NCBI GenBank assembly: GCA_045535205.1
Contig: JAZSLF010000097.1
Coordinates: 3,860-67,859, forward strand
Source of the DNA: Eubacteriales bacterium
GTDB taxonomy: Bacteria > Bacillota > Clostridia > Oscillospirales > CAG-272
DNA length: 64,000 nt
Direction: 5' to 3'
The translations under genes and the position numbers were made by a program. The notes beneath the pieces are model-generated. The model was given only the letters and a program-made list of their open reading frames with translations, made no database searches and was not told where the DNA came from. Below are positions 1-9,877 of the stretch, piece after piece (the first letter of the stretch is position 1; the number at the start of each line of letters is the position of its first letter).

Positions 1-1
1 C

Positions 2-814
2 ATTTCACAGCTTATGAAAATGGGCGAAAACGGCTCTAAAAAGAAGCTTTCAAAGCGTGATATGGGTGCAAACATGGATGACTACAAGAGAATGGGTTAT
101 GCACCTGAATGTGTAATGGAATACGTAATGACCCTTCTTAATTCAAATTATGAGGAATGGCATACAGCCAACATTGATAAATCATATCTTGATTTTCCCT
201 TCAGCATAAAGAAAATGAGTGCCTCCGGATGTCTCTTTGACTTCGGCAAGCTCAATGACGTAAGCAAAAACGTAATTTCACGCATGAGTGCCGATAGAGT
301 ATATAACGAAGCATCAGAATGGGCTATGGAATTTGATCCGGAGTTTGCCGCAGCATTTACAAAAGATGCAGAGTTTACCAAAAAGATACTCGCCATCGGC
401 AGAGGCGGTAAGAAACCAAGAAAAGACATAACTGTCTGGAGTGGTGTAAAGGACTACATGGGATTTTTCTATGATGAATTTTATACCGTACAGGACGAAA
501 TTCCCGAACAGTTTGAAAACGATGATGTAAAAACTGCACTTTCACTTTTTGTTGACAGCTATAATCCTTCTGACGATCAGGACACTTGGTTTACTAAAAT
601 AAAAGAAATTGCTGAGAAATGCGGCTTTGCAGGCGAGACTAAGCAGTATAAGGTAGATCCCGACTCATATAAAGGACACGTCGGAGACATCAGTATGTTC
701 CTTCGTATCGCAGTTACGGGAAAAATGAACTCTCCCGATATGTATGCTGTAATGCAGATACTCGGTGAAGATAAGGTAAAAGAAAGAATTAATAATTTTG
801 CAGGAAGGATATAA
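2..814 (+). CDS. gltX: glutamate--tRNA ligase, C-terminal part (5' end outside window)
   Basis: Reading frame is open from the window edge. A class-I 'KLSKR' (KMSKS-type) motif lies near the start of the fragment. It is followed by a long helical C-terminal region typical of long clostridial-type GluRS. Confidence 0.8.
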   Translation: MSQLMKMGENGSKKKLSKRDMGANMDDYKRMGYAPECVMEYVMTLLNSNYEEWHTANIDKSYLDFPFSIKKMSASGCLFDFGKLNDVSKNVISRMSADRVYNEASEWAMEFDPEFAAAFTKDAEFTKKILAIGRGGKKPRKDITVWSGVKDYMGFFYDEFYTVQDEIPEQFENDDVKTALSLFVDSYNPSDDQDTWFTKIKEIAEKCGFAGETKQYKVDPDSYKGHVGDISMFLRIAVTGKMNSPDMYAVMQILGEDKVKERINNFAGRI

Positions 815-818
815 GCTC

Positions 819-2459
819 ATGGCTGAAAATTCCAACTTTATTCATGATATAATAGACAAAGACCTTGAAGACGGCGTTTATGACGAGATACACACCCGTT
901 TTCCTCCCGAACCCAACGGCTATCTTCATATAGGTCATGTTAAGGCCATCTATATAAACAGCACAACTGCTAAAAAGTATAACGGAAAATTCAATCTCCG
1001 TTATGATGATACAAACCCCTCAAAAGAAGATACTGAATTTGTAGACGCTATTATCGGCGACCTCAGATGGCTCGGTGCTGAGCCTGATGGAATTTATTAC
1101 GGCTCCGATTATTTTGAACAGTGCTACGAATATGCTGAAAAGCTTATCAGAGACGGTAAGGCATACGTTTGTGACCTCACCGCTGAAGAACTCAGAGAAT
1201 ACAGAGGAACACTTACAGAGCCCGGTAAAGAAAGTCCCTACCGAAACCGTTCCGTAGAAGAAAATCTTGATCTGTTCCGCAGAATGAGAGCCGGAGAATT
1301 TGCAGACGGAGCAAAGACACTCAGAGCAAAGATCGATATGTCATCTCCCAACATAAACCTCAGAGACCCTGCAATATACAGAATACTCAGAGCACACCAT
1401 CACCGCCAGGGTGACAAGTGGTGTATCTATCCTCTCTATGATTACGCCCATCCCATTCAGGATGCAATTGAAGGTATTTCTCACTCACTTTGTTCAATTG
1501 AATTTGAAAATCACAGACCTCTTTACGAATGGGTAATTGACAATATCGGCTTTGAAAAGAAGCCTAAGCAGAGAGAGTTTGCTAACCTCAATGTAACATA
1601 TACTGTAATGAGCAAGCGTTATTTCAGAAAGCTTGTCGAAGATAATATGGTTGACGGTTGGGATGACCCCAGATGTCCCACTCTCTGCGGTCTTCGCCGC
1701 AGAGGCTACACACCTTCCGCACTTTTTGAATTTGTAAAGAGAGCAGGTGTTGCCAAGAACTACAGCCTTGTTGATATTGAGCTTCTTGAATATTGCATCA
1801 GAGAAGAGCTTAACAAGACTGCACAGCGCAGAATTGTTGTTCTTGATCCCGTCAAGGTTGTAATTGACAACTATCCTGAAGGCAAAACAGAATATTTTGA
1901 AGTATCAAACAACCCAGGCGATGCCGAAGCAGGAACAAGAAAGGTTGCTTTTACAAGGGAGCTTTATATCGACCGTGAGGATTTTGCAGAGGTGCCCCCG
2001 CCCAAGTTCTTCAGAATGAAGCCTGACGGTGAAGTCAGACTTATGGGTGCGTACATCGTTAAATGTGTAGGCGTTGAAAAGGATGAAAACGGCGATGATG
2101 TAATTCATTGTACAGCTGACCTCGAAACAGGAAACGGAATGCCCGTTGACGGCAGAAAGGTGAAGGGAACTATTCATTGGGTTTCCTCCGAAAACTGTGA
2201 TGATATCGAAGTGCGTCTGTATGATAAGCTCTTTACACTCAAAAATATGGGTGATATGCCCGAAGATAAGACGTATAATGATTATCTCAATCCCGATTCT
2301 CTTAAAATACTTACAGGCTGCAAAGCGGAAAAATCACTTCTTGAATGCGACAAAACACACTTCCAGTTTGTAAGAACAGGTTATTTTGTTAAGGACAGCA
2401 AATATCCCAACACATTTAACCGTATAGTTTCTTTAAAGGATAGCTATAAGCCCGAATAA
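819..2459 (+). CDS. glnS: glutamine--tRNA ligase
   Basis: 'PEPNGYLHIGH' (HIGH) and 'VMSKR' (KMSKS) motifs, plus 'FNLRYDDTNP' and 'YDYAHP'. ATG 819 is preceded by AGGAAGGA. The ORF-track start at 798 would overlap the gltX stop. Confidence 0.92.
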   Translation: MAENSNFIHDIIDKDLEDGVYDEIHTRFPPEPNGYLHIGHVKAIYINSTTAKKYNGKFNLRYDDTNPSKEDTEFVDAIIGDLRWLGAEPDGIYYGSDYFEQCYEYAEKLIRDGKAYVCDLTAEELREYRGTLTEPGKESPYRNRSVEENLDLFRRMRAGEFADGAKTLRAKIDMSSPNINLRDPAIYRILRAHHHRQGDKWCIYPLYDYAHPIQDAIEGISHSLCSIEFENHRPLYEWVIDNIGFEKKPKQREFANLNVTYTVMSKRYFRKLVEDNMVDGWDDPRCPTLCGLRRRGYTPSALFEFVKRAGVAKNYSLVDIELLEYCIREELNKTAQRRIVVLDPVKVVIDNYPEGKTEYFEVSNNPGDAEAGTRKVAFTRELYIDREDFAEVPPPKFFRMKPDGEVRLMGAYIVKCVGVEKDENGDDVIHCTADLETGNGMPVDGRKVKGTIHWVSSENCDDIEVRLYDKLFTLKNMGDMPEDKTYNDYLNPDSLKILTGCKAEKSLLECDKTHFQFVRTGYFVKDSKYPNTFNRIVSLKDSYKPE

Positions 2460-2465
2460 AATTTA

Positions 2466-2488
2466 TGCCCCCGCAGCAACGGGGGCAT
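2466..2488. terminator. bidirectional hairpin between convergent glnS and yibE/F-like gene
   Basis: ATGCCCCC-gcagcaac-GGGGGCAT inverted repeat directly after the glnS stop. Confidence 0.6.
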
Positions 2489-2504
2489 TATTCTGTACGT
2501 ATTA

Positions 2505-3713
2505 CTAATCTATATTATCGGCTGAGCTCAGAAGTTCTACAAACTCATCCTTCGTTTCTTGCTTTACGGGAATTTTCTCGTTATTATTCTTTGAATAAAA
2601 CAATGCACTTATAAATGATGTTAAAGGCAGAGCAGAAAGTATACCAAGGCTTCCGATAATGATTTTAAGTATCTCAATAATAATATTTTCTTTGTTGAAA
2701 AGATTTAGAAGTGAAAAACTGTTATTATAAATAATCAGCAAAACAGCACACAGAGAGCTGCCTACGTAAGCTAAAATAAGCGTGTTTGACATCGTTCCTA
2801 TTATATCGCGGCTGATTGTCAGACCGGATTTGAAAAGCTCTGAAAAGGACGGTTTATCGAGCTTTACGGCAATTTCATGAAGTGATGCCGCTATATTAAC
2901 TGCAACGTCCATTACAGCACCGATAGCACCTATAATGATACCTGCAAAAACAAGAGCTTTAAGGTCGATTTTTCCATCACCTATTCCCATAATATATATC
3001 GCATGTTCGTCGGTGACGCCGGTAAGCTTTAAAAACAGATCCATAATAACAGTAACAGCGGCAGAAATAAGCACACCGCCCATACATCCAATACCCGCAA
3101 CAAGACTCAGATCAGTAAGTCCGTTTACAATAATGAGGGTCATAACTGTGATATACAGACACACAAGAATAGACCAAAGATAAATGTTTCCGCCGTCAAG
3201 AATAACCGGAATAAGAACGAAGAATACTGATACGAGCGTAAGTATCAACGATAATAATGTCCGTATACCTTTAATACCGCCGAATATTATCAGAACTGCA
3301 CAAAAAATTACAGCCAAAACTATTATGGCATCGCTTCGCACGTATTCTGCAAAGCTCCATGTGCTTTCTCCGCCAATGTCTGCTTCATATACGATCACCT
3401 TGTCACCCTGAGTAACAGGCTCAGGGTTGATCATGGAATAATTGCTTATAAGCTGTGTTGCACTTAAAATCTCGCCTTTTTTGTCGCCGGATGTTACCTT
3501 CATATTGAAAACGTAGGTCGTATCTACCATCGTACCGTCTTCGTCAAGCTCAGTCACAAAAGTTTCAGTTACCTCGGTCACGACTCCTTTGATATATTCA
3601 GTATCAAAAGAAGGTCCGAACGGGTTTTCATTTGAAGCAACTATGAAGAAAGCTGTAAAAGGAAGTGCTATACATATAACTATTGAAATAATATAAATTA
3701 ATCTGTTTTTCAT
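2505..3713 (-). CDS. YibE/F family membrane protein
   Basis: 402 aa. N-terminal anchor, then an extracytoplasmic beta-rich segment ('GVVTEVTE..', 'GDKVIVY'), then about 7 TM helices. This is the YibE/F-like architecture. Confidence 0.7.
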   Translation of the reverse strand: MKNRLIYIISIVICIALPFTAFFIVASNENPFGPSFDTEYIKGVVTEVTETFVTELDEDGTMVDTTYVFNMKVTSGDKKGEILSATQLISNYSMINPEPVTQGDKVIVYEADIGGESTWSFAEYVRSDAIIVLAVIFCAVLIIFGGIKGIRTLLSLILTLVSVFFVLIPVILDGGNIYLWSILVCLYITVMTLIIVNGLTDLSLVAGIGCMGGVLISAAVTVIMDLFLKLTGVTDEHAIYIMGIGDGKIDLKALVFAGIIIGAIGAVMDVAVNIAASLHEIAVKLDKPSFSELFKSGLTISRDIIGTMSNTLILAYVGSSLCAVLLIIYNNSFSLLNLFNKENIIIEILKIIIGSLGILSALPLTSFISALFYSKNNNEKIPVKQETKDEFVELLSSADNID

Positions 3714-3752
3714 TTTCTCACAAAAGGCGACCTTGCGGCCGCCTTATTACAG

Positions 3753-5078
3753 TTATTTTTTGAGTTCAAATTCTTCGCCGAACTTGAGTGTCTGGTTGCC
3801 GTTTTCCCAAAGACTCTTGTGGTACTCGTATGTTTCAGCGGGAACCTCTTCATGAGGAAGGGAAGTACGGGGCAGAAGCTGATCGCCTGCAACCTCAGGT
3901 GTTGTACAAGCGTGATCGTTTCTCCATGCGTCTCTTTCTTCAACGTTACGGAGATTGGGGATCTTGATGGGTACATTACCCTGAAGAACGGATCTGTAGC
4001 CGAGAATACCGCAGATACCCATATCAACTGCCTGATAAACGTCAATTGCATACTTGCCGTCAGGTCTGCCGAGGATTTTTTCTATAAAGAAGTGTGTTGC
4101 ATAAAAGTCAGAACCGCCATGTGTGCCGAATTCTTTAGCCTTTTCGGGTGCTATCGGAGGTTCGGGATAATAGTCCTCCCATTCACCTACGCAGTACTCC
4201 TTGCTTTCCTTGTAAACGTGCATAAGCTGTTCTGTGTAAGTAGCTTTAATGCCGTTTCCCTCGATCTCTCTTTCTTTATCGGGGAAACGGGCAGCTTCCA
4301 TCATACCCTTCTGACCGTAGATCATGTAAGTATAACTTGAGGGTTCACGCTTGAGGTCACCGTGAACACTTCGTGCAATAGCACCGTTGTCAAGAGTGAT
4401 CATCTCTATGCCTGCACCTCTTAAAATTGCAGTCTTTTTGTAATCCTGCATAAGAGGAGCTTCAAATCCGACTACCTGAACGGGACGTCTGCCTGTAATC
4501 GTAAGCATGGGGCCTATGGAGTGTGTGCAATAGAAGGTAGCATACATTCTGTTTCTCCAATGGTCAGGCTCACCGTAGGTGATCTGAGGCCAGATGGAAG
4601 TACAGTCGTGAATGTATTCGCCTTCAATATACATAACCTCGCCTATTTCGCCTTTTTCATAACGCATCTGCATTTCAAAAGCATGACGCATATAACAGTA
4701 GTTTTCAGCGTATGCATATACCATTCCTGTTTCTTCAACAGTTTCAATAAGCTCAACAGCCTGAGCCATTGTTTCACAGGGAAGCACCTCAGTCATTACG
4801 TGAAGACCGAGTTTCATACAACGGATCGCATATGTCGCATGCTCAGTTGCATAATTTGCAAGTACGACAGCATCCATGTCATGCTTTATAAACTCTTCAA
4901 AATCTGTATAAAGAGCAACGTTAATTCCTTTTTCTTCAGCTTCTTTTTTTACACGTTCAAGGAGAGGCTCATATTTATCGCATACAGCGACAAGCTCAGC
5001 ATCATCATGATTAAGAAGCACATTGATCATTGTATGTCCACGGTAACCGCCGAACACACCAATTTTAAGTTTCGCCAT
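3753..5078 (-). CDS. Gfo/Idh/MocA family oxidoreductase
   Basis: N-terminal Rossmann motif 'KIGVFGGYRG' with 'AELVAVCD'. Its 441-aa length is typical of the long Gfo/Idh/MocA subgroup. Confidence 0.8.
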   Translation of the reverse strand: MAKLKIGVFGGYRGHTMINVLLNHDDAELVAVCDKYEPLLERVKKEAEEKGINVALYTDFEEFIKHDMDAVVLANYATEHATYAIRCMKLGLHVMTEVLPCETMAQAVELIETVEETGMVYAYAENYCYMRHAFEMQMRYEKGEIGEVMYIEGEYIHDCTSIWPQITYGEPDHWRNRMYATFYCTHSIGPMLTITGRRPVQVVGFEAPLMQDYKKTAILRGAGIEMITLDNGAIARSVHGDLKREPSSYTYMIYGQKGMMEAARFPDKEREIEGNGIKATYTEQLMHVYKESKEYCVGEWEDYYPEPPIAPEKAKEFGTHGGSDFYATHFFIEKILGRPDGKYAIDVYQAVDMGICGILGYRSVLQGNVPIKIPNLRNVEERDAWRNDHACTTPEVAGDQLLPRTSLPHEEVPAETYEYHKSLWENGNQTLKFGEEFELKK

Positions 5079-5284
5079 AACAGGTTCCTTTCGGGTTTAA
5101 ACTATAAATAACATGCTATATTAATTATACTAAATTAGACCGTATTCTTCAATGTGCACAACATACAAAATACAGAGAATAATTTATGCAATTTTAATAA
5201 TTATTGTTTTATACTTTACTATTTAATAATTTTGTACTATAATATGTAGTAATGATATTGAAGTAATAAGCATTGAGGTTTTTT

Positions 5285-6451
5285 ATGATAAATACTGATT
5301 TAAGCATATGGGCTGAAATCGATATTGATGCAATTGAGAATAATTTCAGACTTCTTTCGGAATTTCAAGGCAATAATATTTTAAAGCTCGCTGTATTAAA
5401 AGCAGATGCCTACGGACACGGTGCGTCTTATCTTGCGAAGATTCTTGAGCCAAAGGTAGATTTTTTTGGAGTTGCACGGATAGAAGAAGCGATAGAGCTT
5501 CGGCGTGCAGGGGTTAAAACAAAGATACTGATACTCGGACATACTCCTGTTACACGCTATGACTCACTTATCGACCACGGTATTATACCGACAGTATATA
5601 ATATAAGCGAGGCGGAGAGCTTAAATGAAATATCCTTAAAGAAGGGAACAGTATCTCCGATACATATTGCCGTCGATACCGGAATGTCAAGAATAGGTTT
5701 TTCCCTTACACCTGAAAGTATTGAAAGCATCAAAGCAATCAATGCTTATGACAATGTGAATATTGAAGGCATATTCAGCCATCTTGCCAACGCAGACGAT
5801 CTTGTTGACGTAAGCTTTACCGAAAAACAACGTGAAGGGTTTGCTTCATTTGTTTCCGATCTAAGTAATAACGGAATTGAAATACCGATAAAGCATTTGT
5901 ACAACAGTGCAGGGATCTGCAGCCTGAGTGCTGATTTTGATATGATACGAATGGGGATATGTCTCTACGGTAATTTACCCGATGAAGCTTTTAACGTAAA
6001 AGGTATCGGCAGGCTTACCCCGGTCATGTCTCTGTATTCTAAGGTAATACACTTGCATGAAATTCAGAAAGGTACACCGGTAGGTTACAACTGTACTTTT
6101 GTTGCAGATAAGAACATTAGAGTTGCAACTGTTTCCGCAGGCTATGCAGACGGTTATCCCAGACTTTTATCAAATAACGGTTCAGTTATCATTAATGGAA
6201 AAAAAGCACGTATCATAGGCAGGATATGCATGGATCAGCTTATGTGCGACGTTACCGATATTGACAATGTAAAGGTCGGAACAACTGTTACCTTGTTCGG
6301 TAAAGACGGTGACGTAGAAATATCCGCACTTGATGTCGGAAAGGCAGCAGGAACAAATTCCTATGAAATTCTCTGCGGTATTTCCAAAAGAGTTCCGAGG
6401 GTATATGTTGACCGAAGCGGTATACGTCATATTCACTATGGAATAAACTGA
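5285..6451 (+). CDS. alr: alanine racemase
   Basis: PLP-lysine motif 'AVLKADAYGHGA', 'VARIEEAIELRRAG', and C-terminal 'GRICMDQLMCDV' and 'YEILCGISKRVPRVY'. ATG 5285 follows GAGG. The ORF-track TTG at 5273 is less likely. Confidence 0.92.
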   Translation: MINTDLSIWAEIDIDAIENNFRLLSEFQGNNILKLAVLKADAYGHGASYLAKILEPKVDFFGVARIEEAIELRRAGVKTKILILGHTPVTRYDSLIDHGIIPTVYNISEAESLNEISLKKGTVSPIHIAVDTGMSRIGFSLTPESIESIKAINAYDNVNIEGIFSHLANADDLVDVSFTEKQREGFASFVSDLSNNGIEIPIKHLYNSAGICSLSADFDMIRMGICLYGNLPDEAFNVKGIGRLTPVMSLYSKVIHLHEIQKGTPVGYNCTFVADKNIRVATVSAGYADGYPRLLSNNGSVIINGKKARIIGRICMDQLMCDVTDIDNVKVGTTVTLFGKDGDVEISALDVGKAAGTNSYEILCGISKRVPRVYVDRSGIRHIHYGIN

Positions 6452-6464
6452 TAATATCAAAAAT

Positions 6465-6491
6465 AATGCCCCCGATTTTTTCGGGGGCATT
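6465..6491. terminator. bidirectional hairpin between convergent alr and TRAP permease
   Basis: AATGCCCCCGA-ttttt-TCGGGGGCATT inverted repeat. Confidence 0.65.
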
Positions 6492-6502
6492 ATCAGTCTG
6501 CA

Positions 6503-8644
6503 TTATGCCGTTTTTTCTTTATTCTTTTTGTGAGTAAGCTTTTGAATAATGAAGATACCGCCTACGACTGCTACACCGATAAGGTCTGTCTGCCAACCGG
6601 GAATAATGAGACAAAGACCGCCGGCTGCGATAAGTATTCTGAATATTACGTTAAGCCTTCCTTCAAGGTAACCCTCAAGGGCAGACGATACGCCGCACAT
6701 ACCGATACAAGAGGAGATGAATATCAGAATAATATCAAATATGCTTACATCTCCGATGAACAGCATTGCGGGATTGTACACGAATATATACGGAATAATA
6801 AATGCCGCAATAGCAAGCTTCGAAGCATTAATACCTGTTTTCATAGGATTTGATTTTGCAATTGCACTGCCCGCATAAGCCGCAAGAGCAACGGGAGGAG
6901 TGATGTCTGCAACTATTCCGAAGTAGAATACAAACATATACGCCGCAATAGGATCAATGTTGAGATTAATAAGAATGGGAGCACAGGTAGTGGCCATAAT
7001 TACAAAGTTTGCAGTTGTGGGTACGCCCATGCCGAGAATGATACAGGTAATCATTGTAAGGAACAGAGCAAGGAACATTGAATGTTCAGCAACTCCGCCT
7101 ATAGTGGTGTTAAGAAGATTTGCAACACCTGTCTTTGTAACAACACCTGCAATTATACCCGCAACACCGCAAGCAATAGCAACTGAAATACAGCTCTTTG
7201 CACCGTCTGATAAAGCCTTAAAGAATGTTCCTATATCCATGGAATCATTCTTTTCGATCTGACATACCGCTACAATAATAAGAGCAGTTGTAAGTGCAAT
7301 AAATTTTGTGGGTACGGATGTCATTCCGAAAATGAACGCACCTGCAGTACCGAGTGCTATAGCAACAAGCTTGATTGTAAGTGTAAGAGCGTTCTTACTT
7401 CTCTTAACTGAGGATACCGCCATTGCTGCAATTATGGAGAGAAATGCAGAAACAGCAAGAGCCTGAGTAACTATAACAAGAACGATGAGAACTATAAGGG
7501 GTATGAGAAGGAAGCCGTAGTTTTTAAGAAGGGGAAAGAGCTTTGGAAGTTCTTCCTTGCTGAGTCCTTTAAGGCCGAGCTTTTTAGCTTCAAGGTGTAC
7601 GCTGATAAATATACCGCCGAAATACAAAATTGCGGGAAGTATAGCAAGCAGAGCAACTCTGCCGTAACTTATACCCATATATTCAGCCATAAGGAACGCC
7701 GCAGCACCCATAATAGGAGGCATTATCTGACCGCCCGTAGAAGCTGCCGCCTCAACTGCACCGGCAAATTCAGGCTTGTATCCGGTCTTTTTCATAAGAG
7801 GAATGGTAACGGAGCCCGTAGTAACGGTATTGGCAACTGAGGAGCCGGAAACCATGCCGCAGAGTGCCGATGAAATAACGGCAACCTTTGCAGGACCGCC
7901 GACGGAACCGCCGGCAACGGAGTTAGCAAGCTGAATAAATACCTGAGAAATACCTGTAACTTCAAGGAATGTACCGAAAAGCACAAACAAAACAATGTAT
8001 GTAGAGCATACGTTGATCGGTGTTCCGAGAATACCTGTATCTGTGTAAAAAAGATTATATACTATAGTTTTCAGATTAATAGAACCCAGAGTATTAAACT
8101 GGAAATAGAAGTAATATGCGATAAACGCACCTGCAACCACCATGATAGGAACGCCTACAACTCGTCTGCAGGCTTCAAACAGTACAACGGTGCTTACGAT
8201 ACCGAGAATGATTTCAAGAGTTGTGAGAGATCCTGCACGGTTAACTATATCCTGGAATTTAATTACGTAGTAGAAAAATCCTGCAGAACCTGCAAGAGCA
8301 AGTATAATATCATATACGGGAATATGATTTGCTTTTAAAGGCTTGTCCTTTCTGATAGGGAAGACCATAAAAGCAAGAAGAATAATAAAGCCTACGAATG
8401 AAGCCTTTCTCGCTCGGTTATCCCATGTAGAAAAGAGATTCATATAAAGGGTATATACTGAAAACAGAGCAAGTATTATTTTTGTGACCGTTGCAGGTAC
8501 GCCGGTATAGATTCTGACGTTTGACTCACGGTCGTATTTTTTCATTATAGCATCGACGTCTGTCTGAACGGAGCTTGCAGCTTCAGCACTTTCGTTTACC
8601 GCTGAAGTGTTTACGCTTTCGTCGTTTATGGATTTTTTTGACAA
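6503..8644 (-). CDS. TRAP transporter fused permease (TAXI-associated, DctQ/DctM-like fusion)
   Basis: 713-aa polytopic membrane protein with Gly/Ala-rich DctM-like helices. It lies immediately downstream of a TAXI solute receptor. TTG start with GGAGAA RBS. Confidence 0.85.
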   Translation of the reverse strand: MSKKSINDESVNTSAVNESAEAASSVQTDVDAIMKKYDRESNVRIYTGVPATVTKIILALFSVYTLYMNLFSTWDNRARKASFVGFIILLAFMVFPIRKDKPLKANHIPVYDIILALAGSAGFFYYVIKFQDIVNRAGSLTTLEIILGIVSTVVLFEACRRVVGVPIMVVAGAFIAYYFYFQFNTLGSINLKTIVYNLFYTDTGILGTPINVCSTYIVLFVLFGTFLEVTGISQVFIQLANSVAGGSVGGPAKVAVISSALCGMVSGSSVANTVTTGSVTIPLMKKTGYKPEFAGAVEAAASTGGQIMPPIMGAAAFLMAEYMGISYGRVALLAILPAILYFGGIFISVHLEAKKLGLKGLSKEELPKLFPLLKNYGFLLIPLIVLIVLVIVTQALAVSAFLSIIAAMAVSSVKRSKNALTLTIKLVAIALGTAGAFIFGMTSVPTKFIALTTALIIVAVCQIEKNDSMDIGTFFKALSDGAKSCISVAIACGVAGIIAGVVTKTGVANLLNTTIGGVAEHSMFLALFLTMITCIILGMGVPTTANFVIMATTCAPILINLNIDPIAAYMFVFYFGIVADITPPVALAAYAGSAIAKSNPMKTGINASKLAIAAFIIPYIFVYNPAMLFIGDVSIFDIILIFISSCIGMCGVSSALEGYLEGRLNVIFRILIAAGGLCLIIPGWQTDLIGVAVVGGIFIIQKLTHKKNKEKTA

Positions 8645-8680
8645 TTTTGTTTCTCCTTTACAATGGATTTACTTATACTA

Positions 8681-8737
8681 ATTACCGCAGAGACATTAGA
8701 TCCTAAGGGAGAAACAAGATCTTGTCTCTGCGGTAAT
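8681..8737 (-). promoter_or_regulatory. intercistronic stem-loop between the TAXI receptor and the permease
   Basis: 15-bp perfect inverted repeat, ATTACCGCAGAGACA (8681..8695) and TGTCTCTGCGGTAAT (8723..8737), with additional inner AGATC/GATCT pairing. No T-run follows on the transcribed (-) strand. Confidence 0.5.
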
Positions 8738-8767
8738 AAATTTAACTGTATGAAGCTCAGATTAACA

Positions 8768-9715
8768 TCAGTCTACGTTAACACCGATCTCAGCGTAATA
8801 TTTAGCTGCACCTGCGTGGAGGGGAACACCGCCGAGGTCGCTGGTTGCATATTCTGTATCAATGAAGGATGCCTTGTCGTGTGTAATGGAATCTTTATTT
8901 TCAAAGATAGCCTTTGTGAGCTCATAAACTGCATCTTCGCTGAGGTTATTGGATACGATGATAGTAGCCTTTATAGCAACAGTCTGAATATCCTCATCAA
9001 TGCCGTTATATGTACCGCCTGCAATAGTTCTTGCTGCATAGAAGGGGTAATCTCTCTGAAGAATAGCTATATGCTCATCATCAATACCGAGAAGGTTGAT
9101 CTCATTTGTTGTTGCAAGGTCAACGATTGCTGTTGTGGGGTCGCCTGCTGTACAGAAGAAAGCGTCGATCTTTCCGTTCTTGAGAGCATCTGCAGAGTCA
9201 CCGAAGCTCATATTTGTGGGCTTGATGTCTTCAAATGTAATGCCGTAAGCAGCAAGTATCTGCTTTGCGTTAAATTCAACGCCGCTTCCTGCATCGCCTA
9301 CTGAAACAGTTTTGCCCTTGAGATCTTCAATGCTTGTAATATCAGCAGTTGAGATGATCTGACATGTTTCGGGATACATGGCAGCTACAACAGAGAAGGA
9401 CTTAATAGCACCCTGTTCTGAGAAAAGGTCTGTGCCTGTATAAGCGTAAGACATTACGTCATTCTGAACGAATGCCATGTTAGCTTCGCCGTTGTTGATA
9501 GAAAGAATGTTGGCTTTGGAGCCTCCGGAGGTCTGTGCTGTAACTGTAAGATTTTCAGATACATTGTTTACAGTTGTAGCAATAACTCCGCCGTAGGCAT
9601 AGTATGTGCCCTGTTCACCGCCGGTAACGAAAAGAAGCTTTGTGCTGCTGTTTGAACAAGCTACAAGCCCTGTGCACATAATAGCTACCAGTATTAAGCA
9701 AATAATTTTTTTCAT
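8768..9715 (-). CDS. TAXI-family TRAP transporter solute-binding lipoprotein
   Basis: Lipobox 'GLVAC', 'TGGEQGTYYAYGG' and 'TSGGSKANI' typical of TAXI receptors. AAGGAG RBS. Confidence 0.85.
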   Translation of the reverse strand: MKKIICLILVAIMCTGLVACSNSSTKLLFVTGGEQGTYYAYGGVIATTVNNVSENLTVTAQTSGGSKANILSINNGEANMAFVQNDVMSYAYTGTDLFSEQGAIKSFSVVAAMYPETCQIISTADITSIEDLKGKTVSVGDAGSGVEFNAKQILAAYGITFEDIKPTNMSFGDSADALKNGKIDAFFCTAGDPTTAIVDLATTNEINLLGIDDEHIAILQRDYPFYAARTIAGGTYNGIDEDIQTVAIKATIIVSNNLSEDAVYELTKAIFENKDSITHDKASFIDTEYATSDLGGVPLHAGAAKYYAEIGVNVD

Positions 9716-9877
9716 GATATATCTCCTTGTTAAAATAAATTTAACTTATTTTAGCACAATAAAGTGCTTAAATCAAGGTTTTTTTGAAAAAATATAAGCT
9801 TTTGTTGTAAAAACATACAAATTAGAGTCAAAATAGCAGAAAATAATAAATAATTATCACAAATTATGGATAATTTA

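Noticed and set aside
8663-9304. Long antisense or shadow ORFs in the track: 8663..9304, 3819..4340, 4521..5111, 14203..14616, 17326..17814, 41771..42238, 45236..45664, 35462..35857 and many shorter ones.
   Set aside because: Each lies opposite or out of frame to a strongly supported gene. They have Cys/Ile/Phe-rich, low-complexity translations typical of antisense frames in AT-rich DNA. They lack an RBS.
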